DNA from: Octopus vulgaris
Lineage: Eukaryota
Direction: 5' to 3'
Length of the DNA stretch: 64,000 bases
Assembly: GCA_951406725.2 (NCBI GenBank)
Contig: OX597817.1
Coordinates: forward strand, 90,334,001 to 90,398,000
This document shows, one piece after another, positions 52,921-64,000 of this stretch. Below the pieces are notes generated by a model, which saw only the letters and a program-made list of their open reading frames with translations, was not told the origin of the DNA and ran no database searches. Positions within the stretch are counted from its first letter, which is position 1, and each line of letters starts with the position of its first letter. Position numbers and translations under genes: made by a program.

Positions 52921-53860
52921 TATTGTTGTTGTTGTTGTTGTTGTTATTATTATTATTTGCTTAATGATGTAAGTGATATGTTCATCACTAAGTTTGCAGA
53001 CCAGAATTACTGGTGCCACTTTAAGTACTTGTAGTGGGATGGTTGTGGTGATTAGTCAAAGACCAAGAGAAAGGGCTACAATTTCCAACACAATAAAATA
53101 TAAAATGAACATTCCCCATCACTGCACTACCACAAAAACTAAATATGAAAATAATGAAACAAAATCAGTAAAAGACAAAAAAAAAAGAAAAAGAAAAGAA
53201 TGAAATTAAGCAACCATGAAAGCAACAAATAAATGTGAAATCCATTTTGTTAATCCAAGCCAGTTTTAGTGGACAAGTCAAGAGATGAGAGTCTCAGGCT
53301 GAATTATTGTTGATGTATAAAGGTTAATGATACTGGATTAACTTGAGAAAGATGATAATGATGGTCTCATTTACTGAGTCCTTTAAATTATTGTCTGGAA
53401 TGGGATGAGGAGGGAAGAGAGGGGAATGAGTAGAGTAGGAGGGAAGGAATGGATGGATGGGAAGGAAAAGAAAATGAAATATTAAATGAAGGGGGTGGGA
53501 AAGGGTGAGTCTTAGAAGATGCAGAGAAAAGGGAAAAGAGGAGGAAATAGTAATTAAAAGGCAAGACACATACACACACACACATACAGAGAAAGACAGA
53601 GAGATGGAGGGAGAGGGTGAGTGGCAGGGAGAAATAAAACAAGTACAAAAATAAATAAAAATGCAGTATAATATAAAACTGTTGTTGGGATGAATGAGAC
53701 ATGTGACACTTCACATTTGCCACAGATATATTTATCAAACATTTGTATATCTTGTCCCCAAAGTTAAAGGAAGACATGATGCTGGATAAATAAAAAACAT
53801 TATTGCTAGGAACATGATGTAGGAGAATCCAAAGAATACCAAGGATATAACAGCTGGAGA

Positions 53861-54036
<176 letters not shown>

Positions 54037-54297
54037 GTTGCATCAGCAGTTGGCTGGTATTAATTCTTGACTGAGTAGACTGGAGCAAAGTAAAATGAAG
54101 TGCCTTACTCAAAGACACAATGTGCCACGCAGTTCTGAAGTCAAACCAACAACCCTTTAATAGTGAGATCAATACTCTAACCACAAGTGCATGTAGTGGG
54201 GGAGGATAATCTTATGTGTTATGCATTAGTACTGTGTTACTACTACCATGTATTAGTAAAACATACACACAGACAGACAGATAAAAAGACAGAGAGA

Positions 54298-54845
54298 TAC
54301 AAGGTGTTTGGGGTAAATTCGACAGTTTGCATAAAAGGAAAAGAAAATACAATATCCCATCCAAGAATAAAAGCATTTAAAAAAAATCAAAGAATCAACT
54401 AGATTATGGTTGGGATATAACAACTTATTCAAAGTAGCTACCCTTAGTTTCCATCATGGCCTCAAGACAGCTCTGGAACCTGGTGCAAGCATTCTTCACT
54501 GTGTCCCTGGGAAGATCTTCAATCACCTCCTTGATCTTGGCCACTAGCTTGGCCTTGGTGTTGCAAGCAGAGCAGTTGGTATCTTTCTCAACCAAACCCC
54601 ACACAGTAATCCATGAGGATACAATCAAGAGAATAAGCAGGCCAGAAATTGGGGTTAGTAAAGTCATAGAAATTCTCCAATAATCACTTCTGACTCTTCC
54701 CAGAGTTATGGCAAGGAGTTGAATCCTGCTCCTATACATTTAGCCTTACAGTAGTAACCCTCTCAGCCATTGATTGATTACAGTCTCCACCAGCTTCACA
54801 TGGCCATCTGAATTGAGACTATGGCCCTGTGCAAAGATGTGGGAA
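54298..54845 (-). mobile_element. maT (DD37D) Tc1/mariner-superfamily transposon, 3' portion
   Basis: Reverse complement QDSTPCH...FWPAYSLDCILMDYCVWG has 37 residues between the second and third D; C-terminus NACTRF...KGSYFE*; putative end TA|CAAGGTG. Confidence 0.8.
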
Positions 54846-57246
54846 TGAATTCTGGCATATGGATGCAGTCAGAACACCTTCTGTATCCCTTCCTGCTGGA
54901 CATGGCTCTGTAGGCTCTGTTACAGCCCTTACAATGCTCACAAAGTATTAAGCAGCTGTCATAATGTCAACTTCTTCTAATATTCAGATTGCTTCCATTC
55001 TTCCATGTCTGCTAACTTTTTCTGAACTACAACTTTAATCTTTATGCTCTCCAGCACTATTGAATGTTCACCAATACATCAAGCTATTTCCAAAAAAAGA
55101 AAAAAAGGCGACATAAAAAAAGTAATCAAATTTAGCTCAAACACCTTGTAGACAGGTAGACAGATCGAGAGATACATACATATATAAATATATGTATATA
55201 AACTGAAACTCACATACACATGATGCACACAATACAGTATGTTGTGATTTGAGGAGTAGTTGGTTACTATTTCTAGAAGCTTCAGTGGCAGTATAGAAGC
55301 CTATTCGCAGGTTCATAAATGCAATATATTTGCATGTGTTGCTTAAATTCAGACCAGTCATCACCTTGGAGAGCAATAATCAAAACTGATTCTGGTCATA
55401 ACTTCCTCATCTTTACTTTCATGTCTACTGTATATTAATGACTACATCAAACTACAGACTCTTACTTCTTTCCTTTTCAGAATCAGTAGACTGTGACTTG
55501 GTGATTTGGTTATCATTTCTAGTAGAACGATTGACCATGTAGAAGCTGCTCCATTGGTTCATATTTTACAAGTTAATACATACAGAAGATGATTATAAAA
55601 TTACAATAAACACCAAAACCCAGAATCAATAAATACATATAAATGTAGCATTACATTAATAACTTTTCATGAATCAGTTTTTCTTTACAAAGCCCGTCCG
55701 TCCATCCATCTATACATATGCATACATCTCTGTGTGTGTGTGTCTGTGTCTGTGTGTGTGCTCATCATCATCATCATTGCCAAAATATAAAAATACATAT
55801 TCACTCATTCATTTTACATCCGTTTTTTTATGCCAGCACGGGTTAGGTGAATACATATTACTGAGGTAATGCTTTTACAGCCAGATACCTTTCTTCTTGC
55901 AAACCCTCAGCTGCTTTCAAGTCTCCAAAAATGCTGAGCTACTAAATGATTTATTGACCGAAAAATATTAACGGATTGGTAGCGCAAAGATTTGATGGTG
56001 GGTGAGCAACATAAAATGCAAATATTCACATGCACACATGCACACACACACACACACACCTATATATTGTTTGCTTGGTTTATGTCTCTTTTTCCATGTT
56101 AGCATGTGCTAGATGAATATATTACAGAGGGATTGTTCTACTGCTGTATGACATTCCTGTCACTAACACTTGTCATTTTTAAAGAAGCAATCTCTTTACA
56201 CAATTTTGAAGGTGTGAAAAGTGCAGATGTTTGATTGACAGATAGCTTGTAGCAAGCTTGTAACAAGCAAAATTCTTCTGAAATCAAAAAATCCACAACA
56301 CTTTCAGCTCCAGGAATTACAAACAGGGGATTCTTAATTGAATGTATAAATACATGTGGTATCTTCTGGCATCAGTTATGGTAAGGGAGATAATCACTTG
56401 TAGATCAAGCATGTATATTCAACATCCATTTTTTCCATGCTGACACAGCTTGAATGTGAAGTGGACTTGATGCAGGAGTCTATGGTTCTTTCTGGCATCA
56501 GTACCCATGTGTTTTTCAAATAAGGAATACTTTATTCCACACATCTTTGAAATAGTAAACTGACTAGTCATAATGTCAACAAAGAATGTGAACATCAATA
56601 TTTTGCTCACACCATGACATACAAAATATCAACATTCATGCACATTTTCACATAAACACAGTACACATATCTGTCTGTCTGTCTGTCTGTCACACTGTGT
56701 GTGTGTATGTGTGTGTGTGTGTATTTATATATGTGTGTATGTATGCATGATGAGTTTTTTACAGTTTCCCCTTACCAAACATACTCAGTTATTGGTCAGT
56801 CTGGGGAATAGTAGAAGATATTCACCCAAGGTGCAACAAAATGATTCTTAACTGAAACCCATCCTTATAGCCCCACACACCTAACCCTGTGTGTGTATGT
56901 GTCTGTGTCTGTGTCTGTGTGAGTGTATACACAACATCATATGTATATATTAAGGTAGCAAGTTGGTAGAATCATTAGCATACAAGGAAAAACACATAAT
57001 AACATTTCATCTGTCTGTATGATTCTGAGTTCAAACTCCACATTCTTTGGGGGTCAATAAAATAAATATCAGTAGAGCACTAGGAGTGATGTAATTGATT
57101 TGTACTTGCCCACTAACTTTCAGGCCTACTGCTTAGAATAGAAAGAATTACATATATATATATATAATGCCATATATACACATACTCACACACACACAAA
57201 TAAACACACACACACACTCATATGCACTCTCTCATGCACACACACA

Positions 57247-57292
<46 letters not shown>

Positions 57293-57891
57293 TATATGTA
57301 TTTAGAATTTACTAAGTCTGATCTTGTGTATGTACAATTGTTAGTAAATTTTATTTTTGATTCCCATTTTCCTTGAAAATGTAAATTAATGATTCTGAAT
57401 TTTATAATCAAATTAATTGTTCTCAAAGAAGACAAGTGAACTGATAGAATGGTCTAATGTAGGCTTTAGAATCTGATGAGTAAAATTTATTCCTGCATTC
57501 ATGAATGAGTAAGTTAAGAGAAAAACAAAAGAAAGATATCAGTTATTGTTGCTCAATTAAACAGAATAAATAATTTCGGATCTACTTCAAAAGTTCAATG
57601 AAGAATATCTATAAGAAACCCATTCATCTAAAAAAAAAAGCAGAACAATGACTACAATGATGATGCTTGAGGAATAGATGATGAAGAATTTCACAAAGGA
57701 AATTATAATAAATATAACAGTAAATATTATTTATGAGATTGCAAAGTGGCTAGCAAACATTCAATAAATGAGATGCGATTGATATGACAAAAATTATTGA
57801 TTTAAATCTTCAATTACGATGCTTAACACTAGCATTTAAAATTTAACAAATTCTCTTGACAATATTTGTACATTCATGCATCCATCACACT

Positions 57892-57934
<43 letters not shown>

Positions 57935-58435
57935 CCTCCCTCTCTCATCCCTTCTTCTCTTTCTTTCAGTCTGTCTCCTCTTCATTTCTTTTTTATTCTG
58001 AAGGACTAATGTCTGAAGAGTCAAGTCACTCTAGACCAGGGTTTCCCAACCTGGTCCATGTGGACCACTAGGTGGTCCACAGGAAAATTTAGATGGTCTG
58101 TGGAAAATTTTCTGTGGTCTACCTGAAGAATTAAAATATTTCTGTACATGCACATGTTGTGCAAACAAAATATGCCTCATCGCATATGCGTGAACACATA
58201 CGAGTGCACTCATTGCCTATTGGAGGATTTGCTATCCAATCATACATGGATGTGTACCAGACAGGTACAGACAGATACAATCAGATCCACATTTGTGCGC
58301 ATTAAAAACACACAAAAAATTGTGTGTTCTCGGCCAGTCAACGCAATTGTGTTTTCTACCTGACTTTTGAATTGAGGATTACTAATGAAACCACAGTTCT
58401 TACAGCTTACCCAACATATCATATTATCTCTCCAG

Positions 58436-58703
58436 GTACGTACGTTTTTTCATGCTAAGAGTTGCTGAAGTATGGAACAAACTGCCGGCATCAGTTCTTA
58501 GTTGTCGAAGCACTGCATCCTTCAAAACTTCCATGCTTTCTGAGATTCGCCAACACTACACCTAATTTTCTCCCCTTCATACACATGCAAGCATATATCT
58601 GACTTATACACTGTTCACTTTCCAGACATTTGTACATTACTGCATATGCTTTATACGCAGTTTTGACAAGTTGTGGTGCACCTGAGCACTGTATACAATA
58701 ATT

Positions 58704-58735
<32 letters not shown>
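58436..58735 (+). mobile_element. CR1 LINE 3' end inserted in the hAT element
   Basis: FFMLRVAEVWNKLPASV......SFK; (ATT)n tail. Confidence 0.8.
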
Positions 58736-58789
58736 TTTATGGAAGTGTTAGTCTAATTGTAATCTGTAGAAATTTTGCTGTCAGTGATA

Positions 58790-60569
58790 TGGAAAAGCAT
58801 TCCCGTAATTCTTTGTCCATCAACTCAAAAAAGATTCTGTAGATGATATCATGAAGATTATATCAAACGTGTTTTTGTATCCAGAGTAGAAGATCCTTTT
58901 TTACCACAGTGTATTATCTGCTCAAAAGTAATAACTAACGACTCAATGAAACCCTCGAAATTGTATCATCTACAAAAAATCCATCCTGGTTTATTTGGCA
59001 AGCCAAAGGAGTACTTTGAAGAATACCATCGCAAAAAATGTCTCATCTTCATTGCTCAAAACTTTTTTCTCACCCATACTAACAACCGTTCTGGTCTGCA
59101 GGCATCCTATAACATTTTGCTCATGATAGCAAAACAGGGTCACCCACATACCAAAGGCCAAAATCTGATTAGGCCCTCCATACTTAAAGCATATAAAGTT
59201 GCTAATGTGTTGAACACTGCCTCAGTTTTAGCAAGTATTCCACTTTCAAACAACACTGTATCTTCCCGCATTTGTGAAATAGCTGAAGATGTTGAATCCA
59301 TAGTTGTAGAAGACTTGCAACACTACAGATTCTCATTGACGGTGGGTGACAGCACTTTTGATAACAAATGTGTTGTCCTTGCCTTTGCTTGCTATGTGAA
59401 AGATACCACAGTTTGTGAAAACCTACTCTTTTTGAAAACCATACTGAAAAACACAGGAGAGATGATCTACAACGCAGTCATGGATTATCTTACTAAAAAT
59501 GGCATTGATCCCCTCAACCGCATATCAATATGGACTGATGGGGCACCGTCTATGATTGGCAAATCCCAAGGTTTTGTTGCCAGATGGATAGAATTTAATC
59601 CTGTCTTCACAATTCATTGCATTCTCCATTGAAAAAGCCTGATAGTAAAAAGAACTGGAAATAATATATTTTCTGAAACCCTAGGCTTAATTGCTTCCGC
59701 AGTAAAAAAATCAAAAGATCTGCTCATCAAGACAGGCATTTTCAAGAAGCTTGTAAAGATGAAACGTTCAACCAACTGTTGTATTCTATAGATATACACT
59801 GTCTATCAATGGGAAGTTATCTCAAACATTTTGTGGCACTTTTTGATAAAGTGATAGAGTTTCTTCAACAGACTGATCCAGCTATGACAGCATCACTTTC
59901 TCAGAAAAACCTGTATTTTTTTATTTACATGAAATCTTTCAAAAACTTAATGATCTCAGAGTTTCTTTACAAAAGCAAAATATCAACATTGTACGAGCCA
60001 GACACTTGATAAAGGCATTTGTGAATAAACTCATTCTTTGGAAACTTCAAATGGAAGATCATAACTGTCTGCAGTTTGTGAACTTAAAAACTGCTGTGAT
60101 AGATAACGACTTGCACAAATATATAATCGGGCACCTATCTTTCCTTCATGAAAACTTCAATATTCGTTTTGAAGATCTTTTGATTTTAAATATCCCAATT
60201 TTTGTGGACTCTCTTTACACAATGTCTATGAATGATATACTTGTTCAACCAGAGTGTGTTCAGATGGGGCTATGTGAGGCGATGGTAGATGATAATCTGC
60301 GCAAATCATCTGAAAACAACTGGGTCGAGGCTTGGTTGAATCATTCTCACGAATATCCAAAGCTGTTTGAACAAGTCGAGCTTTTTATTATAAATCTCCT
60401 GACATCCTACTTGGCTGAAAAGGGATTTTCTCTTGTCCTCCACTCATTCACGAAGCAACGGAGGCGTTTGAACCTCGATAACAATGCTGATTTGAGAATT
60501 CACTTGAGCCAAAAAGAGCCAAGGATTTCTCAGCTTGTGGATAAAAAGCAAGCCCAAGGGTCTCACTGA
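58790..60569 (+). pseudogene. hAT transposase (ZBED5/SCAND3-like) pseudogene
   Basis: PQCIICS....DSMKPSKL..H....HP (BED finger), PLSNNTVSSRI, DST, TDGAPSMIG, IHCILH, TSYLAEKGFS, DLR..LS..EPRI, QAQGSH*. Confidence 0.92.
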
Positions 60570-61028
60570 AGGTTTCTTGACGTTTTTCCTGACAACTTGT
60601 CATGGACATTTTTAAGTTAATTCAATTTATTATATTCCCTCAAACATTTACACGACCTTTTGTATTGATCCCAACTTCACTCCTCACATTTTTTTAATTT
60701 ACCCTTCACATTGTTATATTTTAACAGTACAGCTTTTTCTTTTCTGAATAAAAGGAGGTGTTTTCCATGACTCAGTAACCTTTTCTATTCACTTCTATCA
60801 AATAAAGCTTTCTTGAGAATCATGTGCATTTGCAAATTGGTTTTGTTATTGGTGTTCTCAGTTATTTGTTCTCTGTGATGCCTCTTACAAGAACGAAAAA
60901 GGAACTTTCATTGCAAACTGAAAATGATACTAATATTTATGAGTAGCAGTTCTTTTATAATAAATTTAAAATTTGAGGTGGTTCACAGGAAAAAATTACT
61001 TATTTTGGTGGTTCACAGCTGTGTGGTA

Positions 61029-61412
61029 GGCACAGGAGTGGCTGTCTGGTAAGTAGCTTGCTTACCAACCACATGGTCCTGGGTTCAGTCCCACTGTGTG
61101 GCACCTTGAGCAAGTGTCTTCTACTATAACCTCGGGCCAACCAAGCCTTGTGAGTGGATTTGGTAGACGGAAACTGAAAGAAGCCCGTCGTATATATGTA
61201 TATGTATATGTATATATATATATGTGTGTGTTTGTCCCCCCAACATCGCTTGACAACCAATGCTGGTGTGTTTACGTCCCCGTAAAAAGAGACCGATAGA
61301 ATAAGAACTAGGCTTACAAAGAATGAGTCCTGGGGTCGATTTGCTCAACTAAAAGTGGTGCTCCAGCATGGCCACAGTTAGATGAGTGAAACAAGTAAAA
61401 GAGTAAAGGAGT
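61029..61412 (+). mobile_element. family-B SINE inserted in the hAT 3' terminal region
   Basis: Separates the hAT subterminal motifs from the last 8 bp AACCCCTG. Confidence 0.9.
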
Positions 61413-61598
61413 AACCCCTGCTCTAGACTCATCTCAAGCATCAAACTCTTACTGTATTCATTGTACTTTATTCTTTCCATGTTGCTCTTTCTACTTTTTA
61501 AACTCTTTTGAACTTTCCTTTCTACATACACAGAAACAATAAATAATTATACTTTATAATGTAATGAACACCTTTTGCTTTAGTTTATTAGAAAAAAC

Positions 61599-61631
<33 letters not shown>

Positions 61632-61779
61632 TAAGAGGGAGAGAGGGAGAGTGCTGTTTACTGCATAAATTCAAAGCTATAATGAATGCAAATAACATCC
61701 GTTTTCAATACAAATCAATCATTTTTACACAATGTAGCTGTGAAAGAAGGTATATACATGGTATATGCATTCTACTTTA

Positions 61780-63540
61780 AATACACATTTTCCTTTTTAA
61801 ATGATGTTGAATTTAGAGAATGTATCAGAGAAAGAAGGTCTTCCAAGTATAGATCCAGCAGAAGAACCAGCCATTCTAGTTGACAACAGTATGATAGATA
61901 AAGCAATTAAGGATATGAAGGTAGGGAAAAGTCCTGATGCCTCAGGAAATACTGCTGAGATACTCAATATATCTGACAGAGTAGCATATAGGCTAGTCAT
62001 ATATAAAGTCAGTCAAGTTTTACAGGAAGGTGTCATACCCAGTCACTACTGTAGCAGCATTATAGTCAGCTGTTACCAAAGTAAAGGAGATGCTTTAGAG
62101 CAATGATTCTCAGCCCTTAGATTCCTATTTTACTCAGGTGGACCACCATAGCCATTTGATTTTTCAGAAAATATTTTTAGAATTAAATATTATAAGGAAT
62201 TATATAAACATTGTTAAAATATTTTGAGTATTGTAAGAGGTTAGCCAATTTATTACACATAAATTTTAACAATAAAATCTTATATGGACCCCCAAGGAGA
62301 GATGGATCCCCAAGAGAGATGTAATAACAGGAGTATCAAATTGATGGACCAGGCTATGAAATTTACAGAAAGAGATACAGTTCAATTGATTATGAAAGGT
62401 TAACTTAGATGAGATGCAAGTTCAACTTTTTGTTAGGAAGAAGTATACTGATGCTATCTCACTAGTGAAACAGCTGCAGAAATATTTTGCTGTACCTAGC
62501 ATTCCATAAAACTTGGAGAATACCATCAATAGAATCCCTTACTTGGTGATATGGTGGTCAATGAGGAAGCTGGGAATAGATGGAATGGTTTATGAAAGCC
62601 TTACAAGCAATGTACAGAGCTGTTTTCAACAAGGGGAGAGTCATCTCCTCATACAGTAATGAATTTAGTGTGCAGGTAGGCCCACCAGGATTCAGTTCTC
62701 AATCCCCTTCTATCATAGTCTTGCAGGCTGTAATAGACAAGTTTAAGACAGGGTGCCTGTATATTCATTCTACAAGCTAAATCTGTTGCAGAATTACAAA
62801 AGAAATTCCAGATATGGAACAAAATCTGGAATCAAAGGGCCTCATATTTAACTTAAGGATTAATGTATTATTAGTGAGTAGGAAAACAGATAGGATACTG
62901 CTTCCATCATGGAAATGGCTTTGCTCAATATTTGGAAAAAGAGTAGCTAAAAATTTCACATGGTGTACCTAGTATAAGTTATGGACACAAAAGAAGTGTA
63001 GTGGTATCATAAGTAGGTTAACAGATAAAGCAGGCCTAGTAAATGGCAGATTCAATAAACATTAAGAGCACATGAGAAAAAGTTTTTCTCAAAATGCCCA
63101 GGAGTATCTCTAGAAGTGGTTGGCAAATCAAGAAGAGATAACACAAGGATGAGAGAGCTCTTTGGTCTTGACAGGAAGCATGACATTCTCTCAGGTACTC
63201 ATGCAACTAATGCACTCTGTAAAGTCATTGAAGTTAGGAAGAGTATCTAGTTGTAGAAACCATGCAAACACTGAAATGTCAGAGCAGAACATGATTCACT
63301 GTCCTCTCAATATCTCCCCTAAAGTCGTCACTCTCTATCCTATTCCTCCTTTCAGCTGGAGGGTTGTTTTAGTCTTGTGATCTACAGAGCAACCTCACTA
63401 GTGCTGGTTCCATGAAAAGAGCACCCAGTACACCCTGCAAACTGGTTGGTATTAGTAAACACATTTAGCCTTAGAGACCATGCCCAAACTATCAAACCAT
63501 CCAACCCATGCCAACAGAGAAAGCTAACATAAAAATGATG
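61780..63540 (+). mobile_element. RTE LINE RT remnant and tail, interrupted by a small hAT-MITE-like insert (~62101-62310)
   Basis: KAIKDMKVGKSPDASG..AEIL, KGDALE, RSIKLMDQAMK, GRSILMLS, WWSMRKLG, EWFMKALQAMY, W..NLESKGL. Confidence 0.75.
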
Positions 63541-64000
63541 TATACATCATGCGTTTATGTGTGCATGTGTGTTATATACTTATGTGTGTGTGTGTGTGTG
63601 TGTATTTATATACGTATATACACAAAAAGATAGACAAATCTTATCGGGCAAAAGGAATATGTTGATCTGAAAAGTTACATACAATTTATACAATATAATC
63701 AATTCATATCTTTACAGCTGTTTTGCATGGTCACTGACTGATTGCTACAATTAATTTGCATGTGGTTACATAAATTTTGTAGTAGAGCACTCCGATAACA
63801 CCAGTTTCTTATCTCTACTAGATTTCAAACTCAAAATCACAGAGAAGGAATCCATATACAAACTTTTACAGAAAAGCGGCATGTCTGTATGTTGATATTA
63901 TATTCATCATTATCATCGTCTTTCAATGTTCATTTTCCATGCTGGTATGGGCTGGATGGTTTGACCATGGATGGCTTGACCATAGCTGGCAAGCCAGAGA

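Larger units (their letters stand above)
58037..61420 (+). mobile_element. hAT Charlie/Buster-type DNA transposon, complete with 8-bp TSD
   Basis: TSD CTCTAGAC at 58029-58036 and 61421-61428; ends CAGGGTTTCCCAAC... and ...AACCCCTG; subterminal gtggt(c/t)cac repeats. Confidence 0.92.

Noticed and set aside
58946-60569. Domesticated ZBED5/SCAND3-like host gene
   Set aside because: Multiple stops and frameshifts, and TIRs plus TSD are present: a dead transposon.
63700-63830. Minus-strand AAAAC-AGCT-GTA resembling a PLE hammerhead 3' half
   Set aside because: GAAA is mutated and no CUGANGA partner was found; at best a decayed PLE end.

Overview
AT-rich, repeat-saturated eukaryotic DNA with no intact cellular gene. 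The SINE families and microsatellite load suggest a cephalopod, probably Octopus (inference). Most of the ORF track is spurious translation of microsatellites and SINEs. Transposon content: an internally deleted Helitron with both termini (4103-6411), a Tc1 DD34E element, a young 5'-truncated Naiad-type Penelope-like element (PLE; RT + GIY-YIG), an L1/Tx1 LINE that may be twin-priming inverted, mariner and maT remnants, a full hAT/Charlie element with TSD, CR1 and RTE fragments, a cluster of R4/Dong-like LINE tails in (TAA)n, TTAA- and TA-type MITEs, and many tRNA-derived SINEs. The most interesting signals are two type I hammerhead ribozyme folds with greatly extended stem II (21352-21439 and 12080-12192), both at PLE-type ends, and large in-frame Asn-rich insertions in the PLE protein. 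Several phase-compatible candidate exons suggest an unidentified minus-strand host gene. All calls were made by eye and no searches were run.
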